From contig JAJYDO010000001.1 of the NCBI GenBank assembly GCA_021777355.1, positions 2,941 through 66,940 on the forward strand: 64,000 nucleotides of DNA, given 5' to 3'. This document shows, piece by piece, positions 50,012 to 58,995 of the stretch (position 1 is its first letter; every line of letters starts with the position of its first letter). The DNA is from Actinomycetes bacterium. Lineage in GTDB: Bacteria > Actinomycetota > Acidimicrobiia > Acidimicrobiales > JABEUL01. Below the pieces are notes generated by a model that did not search any database, was not told where the DNA came from, and was given only the letters and a program-made list of their open reading frames with translations. Made by a program: the position numbers and the translations under genes.

Positions 50012-51946
50012 ATGGGTACATCAGCGGTAAAAGATAAGGATCGCTTAGGTTCACTAATAGGGGGGCATATTGGAGTATCACAAGCAAGTTTTGATTCAAT
50101 AGCTTGGGTGGTAGCAATAGTTTGTGCAACCTATGCGAGACTTGATTTTAATGAAGATCTGGTTAGTTGGCTAGGTGTTTCAATAATTGCTCCCATTGCA
50201 ATACTGGCGCAAATAGACTCGGGCATATTCATGGGGCTTTACAGTGGTCGCTGGCGATTTGGGAGCTTTGAAGAAGTAGGAGCATTAGTAAGAACAGTAT
50301 TGGTTTGTACCTCGGCAGTATTTTTGGCTGATGCATTATTACTTCCGGGCCGCGCCATTCCGCTTGGTTCAGTGTTGATTGGCGCGGCCTTAGCATTTTT
50401 ATTTATGTGTTTTGGGCGTTGGTGGTGGAGGGCGAGAACTGAGCGTATTAGTTCCTTTAGTGGCAATCGACCAAACAAGCTTGTTATTTTTGGAGCAGGA
50501 GAAGCTGGGTATCAAGCTCTGGCCGCAATCCGACGAGATTCAAGTTGTGGTTGGGAGCCAGTTGCTCTCATCGACGATGATCCTTTAAAAAGGAACTTGA
50601 GAATTTTTGGAGTTGCAGTTGTCGGAAAAAGTACAGAGGTGGAAGAGATCTTAAGAAAATATGACGCTAACTCATTGTTAATTGCCGCACCGAGTGCACC
50701 CCTTGGGGTCGTGACAAACCTTCTTGAGACTGCAACTCGTCTCAAGATTGCCGTTAAAGCAGTCCCTAATGCAGGAAGACTGTTTGGAGATGCATTTGAT
50801 GTTGAGGACATCCAAGAGATCCAACCTGAAGATCTCCTTGGTCGCGAACCGGTGAAAATTGATGACAGTGAAATTCGTTCTTTTATAAAGGGAAAAAGTG
50901 TACTTATAACAGGCGCTGGAGGGTCAATTGGCTCTGAGATTGCCAGACAAATACTAAAGTTTGAACCGGGATCATTAACCCTTCTAGATCGGGATGAGTC
51001 TGCACTTTTAGGCGTTCAGCTATCAATTGAAGGCAGAGCTTTGCTTGATTCACCTTCATTAGTCTTGGCAGACATAAGGGATGCAAAAGGAGTGGAGCAA
51101 GTCTTTAAAGATCGCAAACCCGATGTAGTATTTCACGCAGCTGCCCTAAAACACCTGACACTCCTTGAGCGATATCCACTTGAGGCTTGGAAATCAAATG
51201 TAATTGGAACTATAAATGTGTTAAATGCTGCGGTTGCCAGTGGGGTAACGGGGTTTGTAAACATCTCGACAGATAAAGCAGCTGATGCCTCAAGCGTATT
51301 AGGATTTTCAAAACGCATTGCCGAACGCCTTACTGCCAGCATCAATATAAAAGATGCCACATACGTTTCCGTTAGGTTCGCAAATGTCTTGGGAAGCAGG
51401 GGTTCGGTGCTGGAGGTATTTAGAGCTCAAGCCGAGGCGGGAAAACCTCTTACAGTAACCGACGCTAATGTGACCCGATTTGTTATGACTATTCCGGAGG
51501 CTGTACGTCTGGTTACTCAAGCGGCTGCAATAGGCAGGTCGGGAGAAGTTTTGGTTTTGGACATGGGGACGCCAGTAAAGATCCTGGATATAGCCAAACA
51601 CTATGCTTCTAGGAGAAATCCTCCATTAGACATTATTTTTACAGGGCTTAGACCAGGGGAAAAGCTTCATGAAGTGCTTTTTGGGGAAGGGGAACCTGAT
51701 GATAGGCCATTTCACCCAAAAGTCAGCCATGTGAATGTCCCGCCACTGAGCACTGAGAGCGCCCAAAGTGCATTTTCCTTGCTGCTTGGCGGTGATGGAG
51801 AAGATCCGGAAAGTGACTGTGACCCGATGGCAATTCGTAAAGTTTTGGCCTCAATATGTGCTATTCCCTCTGAGCTGACTCAAAACTGTGAAAATTTGGT
51901 TGAAAACTCCATCCAGGGTGGTTCAAATTTGACTAAAGTATTGTAA
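50012..51946 (+). CDS. Membrane-anchored polysaccharide biosynthesis protein CapD/PglF/WbpM type (UDP-GlcNAc 4,6-dehydratase-like)
   Basis: Four N-terminal hydrophobic segments and two Rossmann motifs (IFGAGEAGYQ and VLITGAGGSIGSEI), followed by an SDR-extended C-terminus. Confidence 0.85.
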   Translation: MGTSAVKDKDRLGSLIGGHIGVSQASFDSIAWVVAIVCATYARLDFNEDLVSWLGVSIIAPIAILAQIDSGIFMGLYSGRWRFGSFEEVGALVRTVLVCTSAVFLADALLLPGRAIPLGSVLIGAALAFLFMCFGRWWWRARTERISSFSGNRPNKLVIFGAGEAGYQALAAIRRDSSCGWEPVALIDDDPLKRNLRIFGVAVVGKSTEVEEILRKYDANSLLIAAPSAPLGVVTNLLETATRLKIAVKAVPNAGRLFGDAFDVEDIQEIQPEDLLGREPVKIDDSEIRSFIKGKSVLITGAGGSIGSEIARQILKFEPGSLTLLDRDESALLGVQLSIEGRALLDSPSLVLADIRDAKGVEQVFKDRKPDVVFHAAALKHLTLLERYPLEAWKSNVIGTINVLNAAVASGVTGFVNISTDKAADASSVLGFSKRIAERLTASINIKDATYVSVRFANVLGSRGSVLEVFRAQAEAGKPLTVTDANVTRFVMTIPEAVRLVTQAAAIGRSGEVLVLDMGTPVKILDIAKHYASRRNPPLDIIFTGLRPGEKLHEVLFGEGEPDDRPFHPKVSHVNVPPLSTESAQSAFSLLLGGDGEDPESDCDPMAIRKVLASICAIPSELTQNCENLVENSIQGGSNLTKVL

Positions 51947-53616
51947 TGCGCCAAGCTCCAGGAAATGGTGAACCAGATCTTCGCGCGCAATTGGGCGTGC
52001 TTATAAGGAGAAAATGGGTAATTCTAATCATTACGATAATAGTTGTCGGAGGCACAGTAGCCTACACGTCAACGCAAAAGCCGATCTATACAGCGACTAC
52101 GGAAGTGCAATTGGGTGCACTTTCGACTTCGGCCTCTCTGACTGGAATTAACAGTCCCCAAGTTCTTTCTCCTTCGGAAATTCAGACCGAAATTGAGCTG
52201 TTCCATTCAGCCCCTGTGGAAAATGCAGTAAAAGCACAACTTCACTCGTTGCCGGGTGTTTCTGTGAATGAAATTGGAACCACCAGTGATGTTTCGGTGC
52301 AGGCCACGAGTGAGTTTCCCGCGAAGGCGGCTCAGATTGCAAACGCATATGCAAATGCTTTTGTCACCGTTAGAAACGTTCAGGCATCACAGTCGATTTC
52401 TACGGAACAAGCAGCAGTTGAAGCACAAATTTCCCAGATAAATGCGCAAACTCAGAAGCTTCAGAATCAGATTAATTCAACGCCACCCAAACAGCAGGCC
52501 GCCGTCCAGGCGTCACTTCAGCCACAGTTGGATCAGTTGTCGCTGCAAGAAGGAAGTCTTCAGCAGTCGCTTAATTACTTGGATATAGAGGCTGGTTTAC
52601 CTAATTCTTCAGCATCTGTGGTGTCCCCGGCCGTCACCCCTATGTCCCCTACTTCTCCAAAGCCCACTAGAGACGGATTAATCGCCCTAATTGTTGGCCT
52701 GCTAATAGGTGCAGCCCTTGCCTACTTAATTGAATACCTAGATGACACAGTAAAATCTAAAGAAGATGTTGAAAGCATTACCCAGCCACTTCCGGTGTTG
52801 GGCCTTATTCCATATATGGAATCCTGGAAAAATAGGGCAGCTCCGAATATTATTGCAATGAACTCGTCAAATACTCCAATCTCAGAGGCATATCGAAGCC
52901 TTCGAACTTCTATTCAATTCATGAGTTTAGATAGATCGATGAGAACCATTCAAATAACTAGCTCAAGAACAATTGAAGGGAAATCCACTACTGTTGCCAA
53001 CTTAGGAGTTGCACTAGCAGAATCAGGGCAAAATGTTATTTTGGTTTGCTGTGACCTAAGGCTTCCGAGACTCCATGAGTTCTTTGAGCTTTCAAATGAG
53101 GTTGGCTTCACTTCAGTAATTCTGGGCGACACGCCACTTGCTGATGCCTTGCAGCCTGTCGCTACGAGCAGGGGTTCCCTTAGGATTTTGGCGTCAGGCC
53201 CGAGGCCTCCTAATCCTTCTGAATTACTTGCCGGGCAAAAAACAGCTGAAATACTTACGGAGCTGCAGGTTTTAGCTGACGTCGTAATTATCGACTGTCC
53301 CCCTATTCTTCCCGTTACTGATTCAGCTGTACTTTCAAAGCGAGTCGATGCGACGCTTTTGGTATGCATGGCGGGGGTAATTACCTCGAGAGAGCTAGAT
53401 AGAGCTTATGAGATACTTTCCCAAGTTGATGCTCCACTAGTTGGAACAGTTCTCAACGGTGCCAGCACTGCCGATGGGTATGGCGGATCTTACGGGTACA
53501 CCTACGGTTATGGTTACTATGACTCCGCGCCAAAGCATTCAAACAAGTCAACCAAAAAAGGAGATGGCCCTCAGTCTAGGAAGTTGCGGCGCCGACCACT
53601 AGCAAGGACAATGTGA
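51946..53616 (+). CDS. Fused Wzz-type chain-length determinant / bacterial tyrosine (BY) kinase
   Basis: N-terminal TM plus a Gln-rich coiled region and a second TM. Walker A is SRTIEGKSTT, Walker A' is VCCDLRLPRL and Walker B is VVIIDCPPILPVTD. The C-terminal Tyr cluster is GYGGSYGYTYGYGYYD. Confidence 0.88.
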   Translation: MRQAPGNGEPDLRAQLGVLIRRKWVILIITIIVVGGTVAYTSTQKPIYTATTEVQLGALSTSASLTGINSPQVLSPSEIQTEIELFHSAPVENAVKAQLHSLPGVSVNEIGTTSDVSVQATSEFPAKAAQIANAYANAFVTVRNVQASQSISTEQAAVEAQISQINAQTQKLQNQINSTPPKQQAAVQASLQPQLDQLSLQEGSLQQSLNYLDIEAGLPNSSASVVSPAVTPMSPTSPKPTRDGLIALIVGLLIGAALAYLIEYLDDTVKSKEDVESITQPLPVLGLIPYMESWKNRAAPNIIAMNSSNTPISEAYRSLRTSIQFMSLDRSMRTIQITSSRTIEGKSTTVANLGVALAESGQNVILVCCDLRLPRLHEFFELSNEVGFTSVILGDTPLADALQPVATSRGSLRILASGPRPPNPSELLAGQKTAEILTELQVLADVVIIDCPPILPVTDSAVLSKRVDATLLVCMAGVITSRELDRAYEILSQVDAPLVGTVLNGASTADGYGGSYGYTYGYGYYDSAPKHSNKSTKKGDGPQSRKLRRRPLARTM

Positions 53617-55436
53617 TTCGAAAGAGAAAATGGCTCAAAAGAGCTATTTGGGCTCTTATCATTGGAATTTGTTTTACCGTTCTAATATCTATCTTTGCGT
53701 GGCGTGATCTCAGCACAGCTAAATCTAATTTGGAACAAGCAAAGTCCGTGCTTGATTCACTTCAAAGCAACGTGGCAAATAATATTGGATCAAAAGCTGG
53801 AAGAAGCGAGACCGAAGCGAGTCTCACAAAAGCATTAGCGAGCACCATTGCGGCGGAGCAGAAGATAAACTCCTCTCTCTCCCTTGACGTACTTGACCAA
53901 CTACCCTTTATAAACACTCAGATTAACGGAATCAAGTCAATTGCCAGTGACGCTGATGAATCAATTAAAATGGGACAACAGCTGATTTCTCAGGTAGATC
54001 AAATTTCACGTGCTGGAAGTTTTCAAAATGGCCAGATACCAGTGAGCCAAATTTCGTCTCTCCAAGTCATGGCTAGCCAAGACTCAAATTCTATTCACTC
54101 AATGATCAAACCGGCCACCGGTCTAGTTAGCACGATTTCTGCGGCTAGGAATGATTTCAATAAGGTAGCAACAAAACTTGACGATGAGTTGGTCACTGCT
54201 TCTCAATCATTGGCCGCATTAGAAGTGATTGTTGGAAAAGATGGTCCGGAAAAATTCTTATTGGTTGGGGACAACAATGCTGAGATGCGTGACCAAGGCA
54301 TGGCTCTGTCGATATCTACTGTTTCCTTTGACAACGGCCGTTTTTCAACAACCCCTGCAAATTCAATATCATCGATGGCACTTAATTCCCCGGTAAATGT
54401 GCCGATCCCCTCCGGGACCAACCAGGTATTTGGAGAGTTGCAACCCAACTATTTGTGGCAGTCCGTAAACGCTACTGCAAATTTCCAATGGAGCGGATCG
54501 ACAATGTTAGCAATGGCCAAGGAAAATACAGGCATTAATTACAATGGAGTAATCGCAATCGACGTTCCGGCATTGGCCGACCTCTTGGCAGTTACCGGAC
54601 CTGTCAGCGTTGCCGGTATCGCTACTCCGCTAACAAGTCAAAACGTATCAGAAATTCTCCTACACGATCTGTACGTCAATGTTCCTGCCGGAAACCAAGT
54701 TTTAAGGCAGGAAGAGATTGCTTCGGCTGCAGATGCAGTCCTTTCGCGTTTAAAAGAAGGATCCAGCATAGACCTAGTCAGCATGGCAAAAGCCCTGGGT
54801 AATGCTGCCGCCGGCCGGCACCTATTGATTTATAGTTCCGATCCTCACCTGGAGGCTATTTTTAACTCAGACGGGATTTCAGGTAATCCAGCGGTCAAGA
54901 ACCCTTCAAGAACATTCCATATTGCTATCGAGAATGCAACGGCTACAAAACTTGATTATTTCATTTATCCTTCAATTAGTTCTTCAATATATCTCACAAA
55001 GTATGGTAACGCAATTGTCCAAACCTCTGTGAAAATTGTAAATACTGCTCCAGTTGGGGCAAAACCCAGCTATCAATTAGGGCCGGATTACATAAATTCA
55101 TTCACGCCTGGAGAGTATGTAGGAAGGGTTGAATTTTGGGGCCCTAAAGGCTCTGAACAACTTGGTAGTATTTCTGAATCTGGGTTAAGATTAAATGAAA
55201 TACCATTTAAGATTTTTCCTGGTCACAGTACTACTATAACTATTGAAACGATTATTCCAAATGCCATAGTTAATGGTGAGTTTAGTATTCAATTTATTCC
55301 TCAACCCAGAATAGAACCGGTTCCAATTAAAGTATCCATTAATACGCCATTTTGGCAATGTACTCCTCTGAATAGCGATAGCAACACGCTAGATAAGACT
55401 AGGGTATTTACGTGGCAGTTATACCCGAAAAAGTAG
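53613..55436 (+). CDS. DUF4012-domain membrane-anchored protein
   Basis: N-terminal TM (AIWALIIGICFTVLISIFAW) and a FLLVGDNNAEMRDQG block like DUF4012. GTGA overlap with the kinase gene. Confidence 0.75.
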   Translation: MIRKRKWLKRAIWALIIGICFTVLISIFAWRDLSTAKSNLEQAKSVLDSLQSNVANNIGSKAGRSETEASLTKALASTIAAEQKINSSLSLDVLDQLPFINTQINGIKSIASDADESIKMGQQLISQVDQISRAGSFQNGQIPVSQISSLQVMASQDSNSIHSMIKPATGLVSTISAARNDFNKVATKLDDELVTASQSLAALEVIVGKDGPEKFLLVGDNNAEMRDQGMALSISTVSFDNGRFSTTPANSISSMALNSPVNVPIPSGTNQVFGELQPNYLWQSVNATANFQWSGSTMLAMAKENTGINYNGVIAIDVPALADLLAVTGPVSVAGIATPLTSQNVSEILLHDLYVNVPAGNQVLRQEEIASAADAVLSRLKEGSSIDLVSMAKALGNAAAGRHLLIYSSDPHLEAIFNSDGISGNPAVKNPSRTFHIAIENATATKLDYFIYPSISSSIYLTKYGNAIVQTSVKIVNTAPVGAKPSYQLGPDYINSFTPGEYVGRVEFWGPKGSEQLGSISESGLRLNEIPFKIFPGHSTTITIETIIPNAIVNGEFSIQFIPQPRIEPVPIKVSINTPFWQCTPLNSDSNTLDKTRVFTWQLYPKK

Positions 55437-55463
55437 CAAAAATGAGGAATTTCACATGAAGTT

Positions 55464-56081
55464 ATGCAAACGCCATTGAAATCAGGTATAGTTGTGGTTA
55501 TGAAAATACGACTTATCCGTTCGGCGGTATTTACGATACTAGCGATCGCATTTTTGTCAATTGGTTCAAAGAATGTGTTTGCAGCCACCACCACCACCAC
55601 AAGTAGTGGATATCCCGGCCCAACAACTTCTACAACCCCGGGTCCAAACACTGTGATCAATCAGGAGGGAAATTTTACTTCTGGCAAAGTGATAAACATT
55701 CAAAGTTCTGGCTTTGCTCCCGGAGCGACAGTAACAATTACCTTGAATGGAGTAAATATCGGTACCGCAGTTGCGGATTCGACAGGAACTGTCACCGATA
55801 CGGTAACCGTAGATACTGTTACCTCAACGGGAGGAACAGTTTCAATTAATGGGACAACTTACACGGTGAGTTTGACTAACAACAATCTGACAGTAGTTGG
55901 AAGTGCACCTAATTCAACTCAATTAACCGTTGAAAATATCTTTGGCCTAACCAGTTCTTCGGGTGGCTTGGCCTTTACCGGTATCAATATTTTGAGATGG
56001 GGAATTGTTATCTTCGCACTTCTGGTAATTGGTGGCGGCTTAATAATGTTTGAAAGGCGTCGTTCTTCACGAAACGCATAA
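55464..56081 (+). CDS. Thr/Ser-rich secreted protein with C-terminal LAFTG sortase (class E type) sorting signal
   Basis: The signal peptide is MKIRLIRSAVFTILAIAFLSIGSKNVFA, so ATG 55500 is the likely true start. The mature protein begins with the tract ATTTTTSSGYPGPTTSTTPGP. LAFTG (55968-55982) is followed by a hydrophobic stretch and an ERRRSSRNA tail. Confidence 0.8.
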   Translation: MQTPLKSGIVVVMKIRLIRSAVFTILAIAFLSIGSKNVFAATTTTTSSGYPGPTTSTTPGPNTVINQEGNFTSGKVINIQSSGFAPGATVTITLNGVNIGTAVADSTGTVTDTVTVDTVTSTGGTVSINGTTYTVSLTNNNLTVVGSAPNSTQLTVENIFGLTSSSGGLAFTGINILRWGIVIFALLVIGGGLIMFERRRSSRNA

Positions 56082-56118
56082 GCTGCATTTGGCTAAGCCG
56101 TCAGCTAAGAATCTAGGT

Positions 56119-56895
56119 TCACCTAAATCCAAGTTGATTTAAAGCTTTGACTATAATGTTTGCATAAATTTCTGGATCGTAGTGATGATCAAAGGGATCT
56201 AGATTTATGAAATCGTCTTTAAGCAGGCCTGTTGTTTCATCAATGAGAAGAGGTTCAGTATCGACGAATACTGCTCCAACTTTGTTCGCCCAGTCCCTTA
56301 ATCTGTTGTTATATTCTCTGGTGAGGCCAGTTCGTTCTTCAATGGTTGCACTAACTTCCCGCCTTGCATTATCGAGTCCTCCCCAACTTGAATAGTCCCT
56401 GATGGAGGGAAACGGGACACTTGATACATGTACTCGCATCGTATCCAGATAGTTTTCCATAAACTTGGTATAGCTATTGAGCGATTTATCCATTTCTAAG
56501 GCAACAGAACTGTTGTTTTTTGCTCTAACCCAAACCAGAAAGCCACAATCCACCTCGCCTAAGTGAAACAAAATATTTGACCCCTTAGAGGTTTTAGATA
56601 AATTATGTTTAAAAATAGGCATTGCATTAGTGTTAGAGTTTGGATTTGCCATTCCAAGGGCCGTGGCGCCATCTATGACACAGGAGGTGAGTAGCGTCCG
56701 CGATAATAGGTCTAGGTTTTTTATCTTGGCGAATACTCTGGCGTGGCTGTCACCATACGCATGGATAATTTCGAAGTTGACTTTTCCAAGAATTGCCTTC
56801 GTTATTCCCAATTGGAGTGCATGGCTTCTAGTTAGCCCCACTCTAACTCGAAGGTCGTTACCGCGATCAAAAAGAGTGGGTGCCATTGTCCACAA
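56119..56895 (-). CDS. Hypothetical protein (weak SGNH/GDSL-esterase-like hints)
   Basis: A 258-aa ORF with no overlapping competitor. The YGDSH and DPFDHH blocks could be SGNH blocks I and V, but the spacing is not canonical. Confidence 0.55.
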   Translation of the reverse strand: MWTMAPTLFDRGNDLRVRVGLTRSHALQLGITKAILGKVNFEIIHAYGDSHARVFAKIKNLDLLSRTLLTSCVIDGATALGMANPNSNTNAMPIFKHNLSKTSKGSNILFHLGEVDCGFLVWVRAKNNSSVALEMDKSLNSYTKFMENYLDTMRVHVSSVPFPSIRDYSSWGGLDNARREVSATIEERTGLTREYNNRLRDWANKVGAVFVDTEPLLIDETTGLLKDDFINLDPFDHHYDPEIYANIIVKALNQLGFR

Positions 56896-56965
56896 ATTTT
56901 ATCAAACCTAATGCAATATCAAGTTAAAGCAACTGTAATGGTGGTAGCGTTAAGAGAGCCGGGAG

Positions 56966-58453
56966 ATGACTGATCAAAACGAAATTCGTCAAGCAAGCAA
57001 AAATGATGTAGTTAAGGGTGCCTTCTTTGCAGTAATACGATTTTTACTCACTTCCGCTTTAGGAATTCCGACGACAATCGCTTTAGTGAGGCTTTTAGAA
57101 CCGGCTCAGTTTGGATATTGGGTAGTAGCTACTGCTATTACCGGGTTGCTAACTTCTCTGGCCGGAAGCGGTCTTGGATCTGCAACTTCCAAACTCATCT
57201 CACAGGAAAAGGCCAGCGGAAACAAGGAAGGTGAAGCTAGAATAGCTCGAACAGCTCACAAAGCTGCCTGGCTGGTGGCAATCTTTGCAAGTTTCATCGT
57301 CATCGTAGTTGGTTTTTTTATTTTTTACTTTGCGAAATCTGGCTCTCAGGTAGTTATATTATTTGCAGTTCTCGCTCCCTATGTAATTTTCAATCCGTTC
57401 TACCATATTGCTATTGGCACATTAGTTGCCAATGCAAAACCAAAAAAAGTAGAAGGGTCGTATGTGGTGGGTTCTGTCGCTTTCTTAATTGGAATTGGAA
57501 TTGCACTAGCGTTTTCAAGGGAGGCTGTATGGATTGCATTAGCGAGAAGTATTTCAACGCTACTAAGTTATCTTTTCGTCATCGAAGGATTAAAATTTGA
57601 CAAGAGGGTCAGCCCCTTAAAGATGAAGGAGTTCGTCTCCAACAGCTTTTCAGCCCTAGTTAATTCGCTGGGTTTCAGCACTATTAATCGGCTAGATGTT
57701 CTGGTTCTTGGAACGGCGGTGTCGGTGACCGACTCAGGTCTATACGGCCCGCTTTCCTCATTAGCCACAGTAGCTCAAAATGTAGCTGCTCTGCCAGCCA
57801 GTTATTATCTCCCAAGTGCAGTGAAGTCGATTGTTGAAAACGATAGAAAGGCAGTCCTTGACCTATACACAACGGTTACCCGCGCCGGTATTTTACTTGC
57901 TGGGCCGGTTATGGTAGTTCTTATTGCAATACCTAATCAAGTTCTAAGTTTGGCATTTGGTGCGAGATATGCTCACCTCACGCTTCCGGCTCGAATTTTG
58001 GCCATTGGTATAGCTTGCCAAATAATTTCTGGACCCAATGGAACGCTTTTATTTGCATTCAATAAGCTAAGATTATTCGCTATCCGTAGTGTTGTAACAT
58101 TTTTTATTAGCGTGGCTGCTTGCGTTGTTCTGGTTCCCATTTTCAAACTGCCAGGGGCAGCATTTGCTACGGCAGTGCCTCTTATAGTTTCTAATTTGAT
58201 TTCGAGTATAGCTTTATATGCGTCAGAAAAGATATATCCAAATTTAATAAAAACTGGTCTTTTACTATTTGCCTTGCTTGCTTCAGTTGCCATTGTAGCT
58301 GTAGTTGCCGCCCATTCCGCCAGCAAGCCATTTGTAGTGACTTGTGGATTCGCTTTAGGATTCGCAATTCCTTTGGGAGTATATTTAGCTACTTTGACTG
58401 AAAGTGAAAGTCAATTCATCTCAAGATACGCATCTCGATTAAAGACAAAATGA
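56966..58453 (+). CDS. Wzx-type polysaccharide flippase (MOP superfamily)
   Basis: 495 aa with about 12-14 hydrophobic segments throughout, matching the typical polysaccharide biosynthesis protein architecture. Confidence 0.8.
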   Translation: MTDQNEIRQASKNDVVKGAFFAVIRFLLTSALGIPTTIALVRLLEPAQFGYWVVATAITGLLTSLAGSGLGSATSKLISQEKASGNKEGEARIARTAHKAAWLVAIFASFIVIVVGFFIFYFAKSGSQVVILFAVLAPYVIFNPFYHIAIGTLVANAKPKKVEGSYVVGSVAFLIGIGIALAFSREAVWIALARSISTLLSYLFVIEGLKFDKRVSPLKMKEFVSNSFSALVNSLGFSTINRLDVLVLGTAVSVTDSGLYGPLSSLATVAQNVAALPASYYLPSAVKSIVENDRKAVLDLYTTVTRAGILLAGPVMVVLIAIPNQVLSLAFGARYAHLTLPARILAIGIACQIISGPNGTLLFAFNKLRLFAIRSVVTFFISVAACVVLVPIFKLPGAAFATAVPLIVSNLISSIALYASEKIYPNLIKTGLLLFALLASVAIVAVVAAHSASKPFVVTCGFALGFAIPLGVYLATLTESESQFISRYASRLKTK

Positions 58454-58995
58454 ACCAATTATCTTTTTTAATTGTTGATTGAGTTATCGTGGTCTCGCTA
58501 CAGCTAGCCGTGAGAATATCCAATGCTGTGAGGCTGATATTCCTGACGTGGATACTCGCGTATCAACATATTGAAGTTAGAGTTACTTTGCGTCAAATGA
58601 AGATATTGTGACTATTCCAAAACTATGATGCATATATCTTAAAATAGGCGATGCCGCGTTAGTAGTTTCTATTTGAGAACTTACCCCTTTTACTATTTAA
58701 TACTTGCCCCAAATCCGGGAGGCTTCCAAAAGTCATATTGCCAAATGATTGCTCTGTGCAGTGAGATTAAGGGAACTGTAATGCTTTTTTAAACAGCACT
58801 CTAAATCGCCTCTTGTGAATTATGCACAAATTCCGGCGGTGAGATCTTGCCACCGGATTTCTTTCGATTTAATGTAACATTTATTATAAAAACACCTCGT
58901 CTAACCGCGGAATACTTCGTCAAATATACGCAGATTAATCCGTATATATTGTGGCAGCTGAGAAAGGCTAAGTCCCAGGTTAAAGGCAAGTTTTA

